Made by a program: the position numbers and the translations under genes. A stretch of 64,000 nucleotides of DNA from an uncultured Actinomycetota bacterium (GTDB taxonomy: Bacteria; Actinomycetota; Actinomycetes; JAHEKZ01): contig CAVQYR010000001.1 in NCBI GenBank assembly GCA_963718235.1, forward strand, positions 64,001 to 128,000, written 5' to 3'. Shown here in pieces: positions 47,815 through 57,932 of this stretch (the stretch's first letter is position 1; every line of letters begins with the position of its first letter). The notes beneath the pieces are model-generated. The model had not been told where the DNA came from. It saw nothing but the letters and a program-made list of their open reading frames with translations, and did not search any database.

Positions 47815-50073
47815 GTGCCGCAACCGCAGGTCCGAGCCGCCCTCCAGCCAGGGTCGCTGACCGAGGCGGCCCTGGGCCCCCGGCTCCGGGTCCCCCCGTT
47901 GCGGTCGGGTCACGTTCCACGCTCCGCACTCGTCGAACGGCTCCGCAGCGCGCCCGAGCGGATCGTCACCTTGTCGGCGCCGGCAGGCTACGGAAAGACC
48001 ACCCTCGCCAGCGAGTGGTCGGAGGCCGACCACCGGCCGTTCGTCTGGGTCACCGTCGACCAGTCCGACTCCGACCCCGCCCGGCTCGTCGCCGCGGTGC
48101 TCACCGGGCTGCGGCTCCTGGCCCCCTTCGACCCCGAGCTGCTGCCGCCGCCGCACAGCGGCGAGCCCCAGTTCTCGACGTCGGTGCTGCCCCGCCTCGC
48201 TGCGATCGTCGCCTCCATGCCGGTCCCTTTCGTGCTCGTCCTCGACGACGCCCACGAGCTGACCGGACCCGGGGCCGAGCGGGTCCTCCAGGTCATCTGT
48301 GCTGCAGGTGCCGCGGACTGCCGGCTGGCGCTGCTCACCCGCGGACCGGTGCCGATTCGCCGCTCGCGGGCCCGGGTGCACGGCGACCTGCTGGAGCTCG
48401 GTGCGGACCAGCTCGCCATGGACGCCCACGAGGCTGACCTGCTGCTTCGCGCGGCCGGCGTACAGGTGTCGGCAGCCGAGGTGGCACAGGTCGTCGACGT
48501 CACGGAGGGTTGGCCGGTCGGGATCTACCTGGCCGCCCGCTCCCGCACCGAGGTCGGACTCACTGCTCGACCACGTGGCGCGTTCGGGGGCGCCGACCGA
48601 CTCGTGGCCGAGTACCTGCACGACGAGGTGCTGGACGGCGCCGATCCAGCCACCCTGGCCTTCATGCGCGAGACGGCCGTGCTCGACGAGATGTGCGGCC
48701 CCCTGTGCGACGCCGTCACCGAGCGCCCGGGTGGCGGAGCGGTGCTGCAGCGACTGGAGCGGTCGAACCTGCTGGTGGTCCCGCTGGACCGCGAGGAGCG
48801 GTGGTACCGGTACCACCACCTGCTTCGGGAGCAGCTGCGCAGCGAGCTCGGGCGGCAGGCCCCCCAGCAGGTGGCCCAGCTGCACGCGCGGGCCAGTGTC
48901 TGGTTCGAAACGGTCGGCAACACCGACGCGGCCGTGGCCCACGCCCTGGCGGCCGACGACGTCGACCGGGCCGGGGAGCTGCTGTGGGGCGGCGCGGGGC
49001 TCGCCCTGGGCAGCGGACGCTCCGACCTGCTCCGCCGCTGGCGCGCCCACCTGAGTGACCAGCAGATCGGCCGGAGCGCTCGCCTGTGCGTCGTCGTGTC
49101 CTGGCTGTGCGCCTACGACGGCGACATCGATGCCCTGCAGCGATGGACGGCCATGGCCGAGCTGCGGGCCCGTCAGACCCGCGACCAGGCCCAGGTGCCG
49201 TCGCTCCTGCTGCTGCGTTCGCTGTCCGGCGCGCACGGGCTGGAGCAGATGCGACTCGACGCGGCGAAAGCCGCGCGCCTGCTACCCCCGGACGACGAGT
49301 GGCAGACCCTGGCCTTGTACCTGGAGGGCGCGGCTCTGTTCATGCAAGGAGACGCCGACTCGGGGAAGCGCGAGCTCCGGCGGTGCGTCTCGCTGGCCCG
49401 GGCCCTCGGAGTCCACCAGCTCGAGGCCCTGGCGCTCACCGAGCTGGGACTGCCGGCGGTGCTCGGTGGCGACGCGGCCACCGGACGCCCGTTCATCGAA
49501 CAGGCCCGCCAGCTCGTCGACGACCACCAGCTGGCCGAGATCGCCACGTCAGCACCGATCGTGGCTGCGTCAGCGCTGACCTGGGCCGAGAGCGGAAACG
49601 CGTCGCGGGCCACCCGGGAGCTGGCGCACGCCAGCCGGCTGACGGCCCTGATCACGGGCATCGCACCGTGGTTCGCCGTGCAGGGCCGGGTCGTCCTCGC
49701 CCGGACCAACCTGCTGCTCGGTCAGGTGCAGGAAGCCAACCAGTGGCTCGACGAGGCCGAGGACCTCGCCTCCGGGGTCGCCGACTCACCTGCGCTGACC
49801 GCCCTCCTCGACCGCGCCAGGAGTCTGGTGCGGTCCGCGGAGCCCTCGGGAGCCACCCAGCCGCTGACCACAGCGGAGCTGCGGGTGCTGCAGTTCCTCC
49901 CGACCCACCTGACCTTCCCGGAGATCGGTGAGCAGCTGCACCTGTCCCGTCACACGGTCAAGAGCCAGGCCCTGTCGGCCTACCGCAAGCTCGGGGTGAC
50001 CTCTCGTGGTGACGCTGTGGCAACGGCCACCGAGCACGGACTACTGCCCCGCGGGGCAGTCGCGACGGTCTGA
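47815..50073 (+). CDS. MalT-like LuxR-family transcriptional regulator
   Basis: APAGYGKTT, VLDDAH, TEGWP, YRYHHL, C-terminal HTH (LTTAELRVL...AYRKLGV). Confidence 0.9.
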   Translation: MPQPQVRAALQPGSLTEAALGPRLRVPPLRSGHVPRSALVERLRSAPERIVTLSAPAGYGKTTLASEWSEADHRPFVWVTVDQSDSDPARLVAAVLTGLRLLAPFDPELLPPPHSGEPQFSTSVLPRLAAIVASMPVPFVLVLDDAHELTGPGAERVLQVICAAGAADCRLALLTRGPVPIRRSRARVHGDLLELGADQLAMDAHEADLLLRAAGVQVSAAEVAQVVDVTEGWPVGIYLAARSRTEVGLTARPRGAFGGADRLVAEYLHDEVLDGADPATLAFMRETAVLDEMCGPLCDAVTERPGGGAVLQRLERSNLLVVPLDREERWYRYHHLLREQLRSELGRQAPQQVAQLHARASVWFETVGNTDAAVAHALAADDVDRAGELLWGGAGLALGSGRSDLLRRWRAHLSDQQIGRSARLCVVVSWLCAYDGDIDALQRWTAMAELRARQTRDQAQVPSLLLLRSLSGAHGLEQMRLDAAKAARLLPPDDEWQTLALYLEGAALFMQGDADSGKRELRRCVSLARALGVHQLEALALTELGLPAVLGGDAATGRPFIEQARQLVDDHQLAEIATSAPIVAASALTWAESGNASRATRELAHASRLTALITGIAPWFAVQGRVVLARTNLLLGQVQEANQWLDEAEDLASGVADSPALTALLDRARSLVRSAEPSGATQPLTTAELRVLQFLPTHLTFPEIGEQLHLSRHTVKSQALSAYRKLGVTSRGDAVATATEHGLLPRGAVATV

Positions 50074-50097
50074 CCCCACGCCCGAGGGCGAGGGGTC
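50072..50097. terminator. Hairpin between convergent genes
   Basis: GACCCC-ACGCCC-GA-GGGCGA-GGGGTC. Confidence 0.5.
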
Positions 50098-50118
50098 GAC
50101 TACCAGCCCGAGCCGGCC

Positions 50119-50826
50119 TCAGCGTCGGGGCAGGAGCCTTGCGTAGTAGACGCTCGACGTCCAGATCGGGTCGCGTCCGACAACGGTTCCGGGACGGGAG
50201 ACGTGGTAGACGTCGCCGTGACCGGCGTAGATGGCCGCGTGGTAGATGTCACCGCCGCTGTGGAAGAAGACCAGGTCGCCCGGGCGCGCCTGGCGCTTGC
50301 TGATCCGGTCGCCCTTGCGGTACTGGGACGTCGCCCGGTGCGGCAGTGACTTGCCCGTGGCCTTCTTGTACACGTACAGCGTGAGACCACTGCAGTCGAA
50401 GGCTCCGGGCCCAGCAGCGCCGTAGACGTAGGGGTCGCCGAACTGGCTGCGCGCCACCTTGATGATCCGGTGGTACTTGGCGTTCAGCGCCTTGCGCTGC
50501 TTGACCTGCAGCGCCTGCACCCGGTTCCACCGCTGCTGCAGGCCCTGCCACGTGCGCAGGTTGACCACGCCGGTGGTCGCGAGGCCGCGCTGGTGCTGGA
50601 ACCCCTTGACCGCCTTGCGGGTCCGTACGTCGTACGTGCCGGTGCGGGGCAGGTCGAGCACCCGCTGCACGAACGTCACGCGGGGCCCACTCTGGTGCAG
50701 GCCCAGGTTTGCGAACGCCTCGGCACCACTGGCCGACGCGGGTACCAGGCCGAGGATCAGCGGAAGGGTGATCAGGACGGTGACGATGGACGCCAGCGAG
50801 CGCCGGCGCGCGTGGGAACGCGACAT
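50119..50826 (-). CDS. NlpC/P60 peptidoglycan endopeptidase with PG-binding domain
   Basis: Signal peptide; AVKGFQ...TGVV...TW; PYVYGAAGP.AFDCSG; H..IY. Confidence 0.92.
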   Translation of the reverse strand: MSRSHARRRSLASIVTVLITLPLILGLVPASASGAEAFANLGLHQSGPRVTFVQRVLDLPRTGTYDVRTRKAVKGFQHQRGLATTGVVNLRTWQGLQQRWNRVQALQVKQRKALNAKYHRIIKVARSQFGDPYVYGAAGPGAFDCSGLTLYVYKKATGKSLPHRATSQYRKGDRISKRQARPGDLVFFHSGGDIYHAAIYAGHGDVYHVSRPGTVVGRDPIWTSSVYYARLLPRR

Positions 50827-50837
50827 GTTTCCTCTCC

Positions 50838-51003
50838 GACGCCTGTGAGGTGAGCTGTCGGGTTCGGGCCAGAGAGTGCCCGGTGGCCATCGCGGTGATG
50901 GCTACTTCACCCCAAGGGCCGCGCCTTCGCGCGGCCCGATGTGGTTCCCCCACTCCTGCTCGTGACAGATAACGACCCAGGCCGCGGAGCAGGACTCGGC
51001 GTC
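50838..51003 (-). ncRNA. c-di-AMP (ydaO/yuaA) riboswitch
   Basis: Minus strand: GCCGAGTCCTG...GGGGGAACC...GGGGTGAA...CCCGAACCCGACAGCTCACCTCACAGGC, upstream of a cell-wall hydrolase. Confidence 0.9.
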
Positions 51004-51100
51004 ACGACCTGGAACCTCCCCGGTTGGGAAGATCACGGAACAGTAACCGAAGGCCGGCCGCTTGGGAAATAGGCCGATCGGTGGTTCGACTACCGGTCGG

Positions 51101-51427
51101 TCACGGCGCGGTGACCGGAGGAGCGCCCGGCTCGACGCCCGGTGCCCCTCGGTAGGTGCGCCCAGCCCTGCCGGGCGCCGCCTCGGGTCGGGAGCCCTTC
51201 CCCTTGGGCGGGCCCGCGGGGGGAACCCGGCCCTCGCCCTCGAGCAGAGCCAGCACCTCCGACTCACGGAACCGCCGGTGCCCGCCCAAGGTCCGCACGG
51301 CCGAGAGCTTTCCGGCCTTCGCCCACCGGGTGACCGTCTTGGGGTCGACCCGGAACATCGCGGCGACTTCGGAGGGCGTGAGCAGCGGTTCGGGGACCGG
51401 CGGCGGCGTCGAGCCGAGGGTCCCCAT
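51101..51427 (-). CDS. bldC: BldC-family (MerR-like HTH) regulator with C-terminal extension
   Basis: [27 protein letters not shown]...[14 protein letters not shown]; synteny with vdh-DUF3073-purM-purF. Confidence 0.9.
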   Translation of the reverse strand: MGTLGSTPPPVPEPLLTPSEVAAMFRVDPKTVTRWAKAGKLSAVRTLGGHRRFRESEVLALLEGEGRVPPAGPPKGKGSRPEAAPGRAGRTYRGAPGVEPGAPPVTAP

Positions 51428-51437
51428 GGGGACAGGC

Positions 51438-51468
51438 TGTCCGATGTCCTAGATGTCCGAAATAGCCC
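51438..51468 (-). promoter_or_regulatory. BldC-type direct repeats (probable autoregulatory site)
   Basis: Minus strand ATTTCGGAC-ATCTAGGAC-ATCGGAC, ~9-nt period, immediately upstream of bldC. Confidence 0.6.
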
Positions 51469-51532
51469 ATCCGAACCATTCCTCCGCCCATCGGGCCGGT
51501 CGAGCGGGCCGTCGGCCGGTAGGTTTCCGGCC

Positions 51533-52591
51533 ATGGCCGTCTTCGGGCAGGGGCACGAACAGGTCGTCTTCTGCTCCGACCCCACCTCGGGACTGCGCGC
51601 CATCGTCGCCCTCCACTCCACCGCGCTGGGGCCGGCTCTGGGCGGCACCCGCTGTCGGGACTACCCCGACGAGGCTGCCGCGCTGGACGACGTCCTGGCC
51701 CTGTCCAAGGCGATGACCTACAAGAACGCCCTGGCCGGGCTCGACCACGGCGGCGGCAAGGCAGTGATCCTCGGTGCACCCGGCCGGGCCAAGACCGAGG
51801 CCAGCCTGCGGGCCTACGGCCGGTTCGTCGAGGCCCTGTCCGGCCGCTACATCACCGCCTGCGACGTCGGCACCAGCGTGGCGGACATGGACGTCGTCGC
51901 CCGGGAGACCCGCTACGCCACCGGGAGGTCGCCCGCCCACGGCGGGGCCGGTGACTCCGGGATCCTGACCGCCTACGGGGTGTTCCACGGCATGCGAGCG
52001 TGCGCGACGCACCGCTGGGGCACCGACCTGCTCGAGGGCCGGCGGGTGGGCGTGCTGGGCATCGGCAAGGTCGGGCGTCGACTCGTCGGACACCTGGTCG
52101 ACGCGGGGGCCGACGTGGTGGTCGTCGACCCCGACGCCGAGGCGGTGGAGCGGCTGCGCGCGCGGCACCCGACGATCACCGTGGCCGCGGTCGCCGCCGA
52201 CCTGGTGACCGCCGACCTCGACATCTACTCACCGAACGCCCTGGGCGGGGCGGTGGACCCGCACGTGGCCGAACGCCTGGTCGCGCCGGTCGTGTGCGGA
52301 GGCGCGAACAACCAGCTGACCGATCCGGGCGTGGCCGAGACCCTGGCCGCCCGAGGCGTGCTGTACGCCCCTGACTACCTGGTCAACGCCGGCGGCGTGA
52401 TCCAGGTGGCCGACGAGCTCGAGGGGTACTCAGAGCCGCGGGCCCGCGCCCGGGTCGAGCAGATCTACTACACCGTGCTCGCCGTGCTCGAACGGGCGGC
52501 CGTCGAAGGGGTGACCCCCGAGGCGGCCGCGGGCCGCCGGGCCGAGGAGCGGATCGCCGCCGTCGGGAGGTTCCGGGGCGCGCTGGGCTGA
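51533..52591 (+). CDS. vdh: Glu/Leu/Phe/Val dehydrogenase (valine/leucine dehydrogenase)
   Basis: [42 protein letters not shown]. Confidence 0.9.
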   Translation: MAVFGQGHEQVVFCSDPTSGLRAIVALHSTALGPALGGTRCRDYPDEAAALDDVLALSKAMTYKNALAGLDHGGGKAVILGAPGRAKTEASLRAYGRFVEALSGRYITACDVGTSVADMDVVARETRYATGRSPAHGGAGDSGILTAYGVFHGMRACATHRWGTDLLEGRRVGVLGIGKVGRRLVGHLVDAGADVVVVDPDAEAVERLRARHPTITVAAVAADLVTADLDIYSPNALGGAVDPHVAERLVAPVVCGGANNQLTDPGVAETLAARGVLYAPDYLVNAGGVIQVADELEGYSEPRARARVEQIYYTVLAVLERAAVEGVTPEAAAGRRAEERIAAVGRFRGALG

Positions 52592-52736
52592 CCCGCGGGA
52601 CCGAGTCCTCGCGACTGACTGCACGATCAGGGCCTTCATCGTCTACGCTGGGGGTCGACTGTCGCCGGTCCCCACCGTGCGTCAGTCGTACCGAGCATCC
52701 GAACCCGGGGCCACCGCCCCGTCGAGGGGGTCCGCC

Positions 52737-52946
52737 ATGGGTCGCGGCCGGGCGAAGGCCAAGCAGACCAAGGTCGCACGCGAGCTGAAGTACTCCAGCG
52801 GCGCGCTCGACATCAACGCGCTCACCGCCGAGCTGAGCAGCTCAGGACACGAGCCTGGCCCCGACCACGGGTCCCGGCCCTCCGGTGCGAACGACGTCGA
52901 CTACGCCGACGACGAGACGTACGACACCGACCAACCCCGGCACTGA
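52737..52946 (+). CDS. DUF3073 family protein
   Basis: MGRGRAKAKQTKVARELKY. Confidence 0.9.
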   Translation: MGRGRAKAKQTKVARELKYSSGALDINALTAELSSSGHEPGPDHGSRPSGANDVDYADDETYDTDQPRH

Positions 52947-52972
52947 CCGACGCCGGTCGCCCCCGGCCGGGC

Positions 52973-54112
52973 TCACCCGGCGGGATGGTCTCCGACGAGC
53001 ACGACCTGCTGCGTCGGCTCCGGCACCCCGTCCACCGGGTGCGCACTCACCTCACCGCACACCCACGCGTCCATGCCCTGTTCGGCCAGGGTCGAGAGTG
53101 TCTCGGCGACGCCGTCCGCCCCGACGACGGCCACCATGCCGACCCCGTCGTTGAACGTGCGCTCCCGCTCGTCCCGCTCGACCCCACCCAGGGCGGCGAT
53201 CAGGCCGAACACCGGCGCAGGAGTCCAGGTACTGCGGTCGACGACGGCGGACAGGTGGCTCGGCAGCACCCGGGCGAGGTTGGCCGCCAGCCCGCCCCCG
53301 GTGACATGGGAGAACGCATGCACCTGGCAGGCCGGGCGGCGCGCCAGGGCCAGGCAGTCCAGCGCGTAGACCCTGGTCGGCTCGAGGAGCTCCTCACCGA
53401 GTGTGCGGCCGAGCTCGTCGACGTGGCGGTCGACGTCCCAGCCACTGATCGTGAAGAGCACGTGACGGGCCAGGGAGTAGCCGTTGGAGTGCAGGCCTGA
53501 GCTGCGCAGGGCGATGAGCACGTCGCCGGCGGCAACCCGTTGCGGTCCGAGCAACGCGTCGGCCTCGACCACGCCGGTACCCGCCCCAGCGACGTCGTAC
53601 TCGTCGACGTCCAGCAGTCCCGGGTGCTCGGCGGTCTCACCTCCGACCAGCGCCGCGCCGGCCAGCCGGCACCCCGCCGCGATGCCGGAGACGATCGCCG
53701 CGATGCGCTCGGGCACCACCGAGCCGCACGCGATGTAGTCAGTCATGAACAGAGGCTCGGCGCCGCACACGACCAGGTCGTCGAGCACCATCGCTACGAG
53801 GTCGATCCCGATCGTGTCGTGGACGTCCATCCGCCGGGCGATGTCGACCTTGGTTCCGACCCCATCGGTGGCGGTGGCCAGCAGCGGACGGCGGAACCGG
53901 GTCAGGGCGCTGGCGTCGAACAGCCCGGCGAACCCGCCCAGCCCCCCGACGACCTCCGGACGGGTGGCCTTGGCCACCGACTCCTTCATCAGCTCGACCG
54001 CCCGGTCGCCCGCCTCGATCGAGACCCCCGCCGCCGCGTAGCTGGCCCGCGGACGCCCGGCAGAGTCGAGCACCACGTGCGTGCGACCGGGCTCGGGGAT
54101 GGAAGTGCTCAC
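52973..54112 (-). CDS. purM: Phosphoribosylformylglycinamidine cyclo-ligase
   Basis: YAAAGV, TDGVGTK, GGETAEHPG, SSGLHSNGYSL, HVTGGG. Confidence 0.96.
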   Translation of the reverse strand: MSTSIPEPGRTHVVLDSAGRPRASYAAAGVSIEAGDRAVELMKESVAKATRPEVVGGLGGFAGLFDASALTRFRRPLLATATDGVGTKVDIARRMDVHDTIGIDLVAMVLDDLVVCGAEPLFMTDYIACGSVVPERIAAIVSGIAAGCRLAGAALVGGETAEHPGLLDVDEYDVAGAGTGVVEADALLGPQRVAAGDVLIALRSSGLHSNGYSLARHVLFTISGWDVDRHVDELGRTLGEELLEPTRVYALDCLALARRPACQVHAFSHVTGGGLAANLARVLPSHLSAVVDRSTWTPAPVFGLIAALGGVERDERERTFNDGVGMVAVVGADGVAETLSTLAEQGMDAWVCGEVSAHPVDGVPEPTQQVVLVGDHPAG

Positions 54113-55701
54113 GGGCGGCTCAGCGCATCGCGCGCCCCGCCACCACCGACGAGCGTGGCCAGGCCGTCGACGTCGACGCCGGTCGCAGTGGTCGGCCCGG
54201 CGGTGACGGCTCGGTCCGCCGCCGCCGACCCGGGCTCGAGCAGGTGCTTGCCCAGCTGGTCGGCATCGGGAAGAGCGAGCGGGTACTCACCGGAGAAGCA
54301 GGCGGTGCACAACCGGTCGGCCGGCAGGGTGGTCGACTCGACCAGCTCGTCGAGGGAGATGAACGACAACGAGTCGGCCCCGATCGACTGGCAGATCTCG
54401 TCGACCGCCAGCCCGTTGGCGATCAGCTCGGCCCTGGTCGCGAAGTCGATCCCGTAGAAGCACGGCCACTTGACCGGGGGGCTGCTGATCCGTACGTGCA
54501 CCTCGGCCGCCCCGGCCTCGCGCAGCATGCGGACCAGGGCCCGCTGGGTGTTGCCGCGCACGATCGAGTCGTCGACGACGACCAGCCGCTGGCCGTGGAT
54601 CACGTCGCGCAGTGGGTTCAGCTTCAGCCGGATGCCGAGCTGCCGGATCGTCTGGGACGGCTGGATGAAGGTGCGCCCGACGTAGGCGTTCTTGACGAGT
54701 CCCTGGGCGTAGGCGATGCCAGACTCCTGCGCGTAGCCGATCGCCGCCGGGGTTCCGGACTCCGGAACCGGGATCACCAGGTCGGCCTCGACCGGCGCCT
54801 CGCGGGCCAGCCGTCGTCCGACCTCGACCCTGGTCTCATGGACGCCACGCCCGGCGATCGTCGTGTCGGGTCGGGCCAGGTAGACGTACTCGAAGATGCA
54901 GCCCTTCGGGTCGGCCGGGGCGAAGCGCACGCTGCGCAGCCCCTCCTCGTCGACGACGAGCATCTCCCCCGGCTCGACCTCGCGGACGAAGGCCGCCCCC
55001 ACGATGTCCAGGGCTGCGGTCTCCGAGGCCACGACCCATCCGCGCTCGAGCCGGCCGAGGACCAGGGGACGGATGCCCTGCGGATCGCGCGCGGCATAAA
55101 GGGTCCGCTCGTCCATGAACACCAGGCAGAAGGCCCCGCGCAGCTGGGGCAGCAGCTCGAGCGCCGCCTGCTCGAGGGTGGGGGCCTCGTGGTGGGCGAG
55201 CAGCAATGTGAGGAGGTCGGTGTCGCTCGTGGCCCCCGACGTCGGCGTGCCAGGCAGCAGCAGCTCGCCGTGGGAGACCGCCTGCTCGTCAGCCAGGCGG
55301 GCGAGGTCGCCGGTGTTGATCAGGTTGCCGTTGTGGCCCAGGGCGACCCCGCCGGAGGCGGTCGACCGGAAGGTGGGCTGGGCGTTCTCCCAGACGCTCG
55401 ACCCGGTCGTGGAGTAGCGGGTGTGGCCGATGGCCAGGTAGCCCTGCAGCGCGTTCAGGTGGGTCTCGTCGAACACCTGGGCCACCAGGCCCATGTCCTT
55501 GTAGACGACGATCTGGTTGCCGTCGCTGACCGCGATCCCGGCCGACTCCTGGCCGCGGTGCTGCAGCGCGTACAGGCCGAAGTAGGTCAGCTTCGCGACC
55601 TCTTCGCCGGGGGCCCACACGCCGAAGACCCCGCAGGCGTCCTGCGGGCCCTTGTCGTCGGGGAGCAGATCATGGGTGAGTCGACCATCGCCGCGCGTCA
55701 C
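54109..55701 (-). CDS. purF: Amidophosphoribosyltransferase
   Basis: ACGVFG, LQHRGQESAG, GHTRYST, VDDSIVRGNT; leaderless -10 TAGGAT. Confidence 0.96.
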   Translation of the reverse strand: MTRGDGRLTHDLLPDDKGPQDACGVFGVWAPGEEVAKLTYFGLYALQHRGQESAGIAVSDGNQIVVYKDMGLVAQVFDETHLNALQGYLAIGHTRYSTTGSSVWENAQPTFRSTASGGVALGHNGNLINTGDLARLADEQAVSHGELLLPGTPTSGATSDTDLLTLLLAHHEAPTLEQAALELLPQLRGAFCLVFMDERTLYAARDPQGIRPLVLGRLERGWVVASETAALDIVGAAFVREVEPGEMLVVDEEGLRSVRFAPADPKGCIFEYVYLARPDTTIAGRGVHETRVEVGRRLAREAPVEADLVIPVPESGTPAAIGYAQESGIAYAQGLVKNAYVGRTFIQPSQTIRQLGIRLKLNPLRDVIHGQRLVVVDDSIVRGNTQRALVRMLREAGAAEVHVRISSPPVKWPCFYGIDFATRAELIANGLAVDEICQSIGADSLSFISLDELVESTTLPADRLCTACFSGEYPLALPDADQLGKHLLEPGSAAADRAVTAGPTTATGVDVDGLATLVGGGGARDALSRP

Positions 55702-55764
55702 CTGCCTCATCCTACCCACCGCCCAGGCCCGACCCCCGCGCCCGCCCCGCACCACCATCCTCAA

Positions 55765-55826
55765 GTTGATCTTGGACTTGATGTGCCCTCTCGACCTATC
55801 TGGACCGCAACTTCTCCATGATCAAC
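55765..55826. repeat. 62-bp element with terminal inverted repeats (MITE/REP-like)
   Basis: GTTGATCTTGGA...TCCATGATCAAC (11/12 complementary), AT-rich relative to the genome. Confidence 0.5.
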
Positions 55827-56649
55827 GTGAAGGTCGGGGTGGACGACGGGTCGATCAGCTCGAAGTGGCCGCAGTCAACCTCGACGAGCTCGACCGCGCC
55901 GGTGCCGCCAGCCGCCCGCCCGTGCCCCACCGGGCCGGTGCTGCCAGCCGCCGGCCCGCGGCCGGGTGTGACCGCGTCGACGTAGCGCCGGGAGACCTCC
56001 AGGGGCACCACGTCGTCGGCGCGGCCGTGGACCACGGTGGTCGGCACCCCCGGCGCGGGCAGCACCGCGGGGTCGGCGGCGGCGTACCGCTGCGGCCACT
56101 CGTCCGGTGGGCCACCCAGCAAGGCCTCGACCGCGGCGTCGCTGAGGCCGAGCCGCCAGGCCGTGGCCAGGTCGGAGACCGGCGCCAGAGCCACCACTGC
56201 GTCGAGCCCGCGCGGCGGGCACCTCGTCGCTGCCCACAGGGCGAGATGGCCGCCTGCCGAGTGGCCCACCAGGACCACGCGCGGCGTGCCGTCGTCGCGC
56301 GAGGCAACCGCGACGGGTGCGAGGTCGGCGACCGAGGTCGGCAGCTGCGCGCACGCGGCCGCGACGTCGTCGAAGGTGGCCGGCCACCCACCGCCACCGC
56401 CCACCCGTCGGTACTCGACGGACACCACCACGTGACCGGCCGCCGCCACTGCAACCGTGCGAACGGGGCCAGGTGTGTGCGGTCGTAGGCCTCGCGCCAG
56501 AACCCGCCGTGCAAGGCGAGCACCACGGGTGCGGGCTCGGCCACCGGCGGGGGCAGGTACACGTCGGCCACCTGGTCCGGGTGGCTGCCGTAGCGGACCA
56601 GGGCGTCAGGCGGGCGGGTCGGGTCCGAGGGAGCAACCTCGTCCCTCAC
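55796..56649 (-). CDS. Alpha/beta hydrolase, probable kynurenine formamidase; frameshift at ~56455
   Basis: HGGFWR in ORF 55855-56724 and VEYRR, GHSAGG, HG.AD.VVP, GHF in ORF 55796-56449; GTGA overlap with kynU. Confidence 0.78.
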
Positions 56650-57899
56650 GTGACCCGCCTGACGGCGGTACCCCGATAGCCCCCCGACGAGACCAGGGCC
56701 TCGATCCGGTCGACGCCGTCCCACACCTCCACGAACGAGGACGACGACGGGGCCGGCGACAGACGGATCAGGTCAGGTGGCCGCACATCGGGAACGACGT
56801 TGGCCTTCTCCACCAGCGCAGCACCGATCGGCGCAGCATCAGGATGGGAGAGCACGATGTGTCCACCCCGGCGCTCCGGGTCGGTTGGGCTACGCAGGGT
56901 GAACCCCAACGGCACCAGCCGAATCGTGACCAGCTCGACGAGGTAGCTCACGAGCTGCTGGGAACGACGCCGCAGAGCGTCGATCCCCACCTCGACCAGC
57001 ATCGCCGCGCTCTCATCGACGGCGGACATGCCCAGCACCGACTGGGTACCGGTGAGGAACCTGGACAGGTCAGGCGCGGGGGCGAACGGTGCATCCATGT
57101 CGAACGGCTCAGGCTGGGCCCACCAGCCGCGGATGGGATTGCCCAGCTGGCCCTGCAGTCCCCTCCGGACGAACAGGAAACCCGGGGCACCGGGCCCGGC
57201 GTTCAGGTACTTGTACGTGCAGCCCACGGCCAGGTCGACGTCCCCTGCGTCGAGCTCGACCGGGACCGCGCCGGCGCTGTGCGCGAGGTCCCACAGGGCC
57301 AGCGCTCCCGCCGCATGCACCACCTCGTTGATCCCGCGGACGTCGGCGATGACACCACTGCGGTAGTCGACGTGCTGCAGCGCCACCACCGCGACGTCGC
57401 TGCCGAGTGCTGACCGCACCTGGTCGACCGAGACCCCGTCGACGGGGTCCGACTCGATCCAGCGCACCGATGCCCCTGTCATGGCAGCGATGCCCTCGAC
57501 GACGTAGCGGTCCGTGGGGAACGACCGCGCGTCGCTGACCACCACCGTGCGCGACGCGTCCCGGTCCAGAGCCGCCGCCACGAGCTTGAAGAGGTTGACC
57601 GTGATCGAGTCGGTGACGAGCACCTGACCTGGAGCGGCACCGAGCAGGCCGGATCCGAGCCGGTCGCCGACCAGCGTCGGCAGGTCGAACCAGTGGTGCC
57701 ACCCGCGCACGCCCTCACCACCCCATTCGCGGGTCACGACGTCGGCCAGCCGGTCGCGAGTGCGACGAGGGAGCATGCCCAGGCTGTTGCCGTCGAGGTA
57801 CACCAGGTCGGGGTCGTCACGCACGAACAGGCTCGGAAGGTGACCCAGGGGGTCCGCGGCGTCACGGGCGACCGCATCGTCTCGCGAGAGCTCCGTCAT
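56646..57899 (-). CDS. kynU: Kynureninase
   Basis: YLDGNSLG, FPTDRY, WDLAHSAG, GCTYKYLNAGPG, GWW, RGGH. Confidence 0.93.
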   Translation of the reverse strand: MTELSRDDAVARDAADPLGHLPSLFVRDDPDLVYLDGNSLGMLPRRTRDRLADVVTREWGGEGVRGWHHWFDLPTLVGDRLGSGLLGAAPGQVLVTDSITVNLFKLVAAALDRDASRTVVVSDARSFPTDRYVVEGIAAMTGASVRWIESDPVDGVSVDQVRSALGSDVAVVALQHVDYRSGVIADVRGINEVVHAAGALALWDLAHSAGAVPVELDAGDVDLAVGCTYKYLNAGPGAPGFLFVRRGLQGQLGNPIRGWWAQPEPFDMDAPFAPAPDLSRFLTGTQSVLGMSAVDESAAMLVEVGIDALRRRSQQLVSYLVELVTIRLVPLGFTLRSPTDPERRGGHIVLSHPDAAPIGAALVEKANVVPDVRPPDLIRLSPAPSSSSFVEVWDGVDRIEALVSSGGYRGTAVRRVT

Positions 57900-57932
57900 C
57901 GGCTCAGTATCGAGCCCCTCGGCTGAGCGGGG

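Noticed and set aside
52650-52736. Structured leader of the DUF3073 gene
   Set aside because: Only one short GC hairpin (CGGGGC-CACC-GCCCCG); not distinguishable from background without alignments
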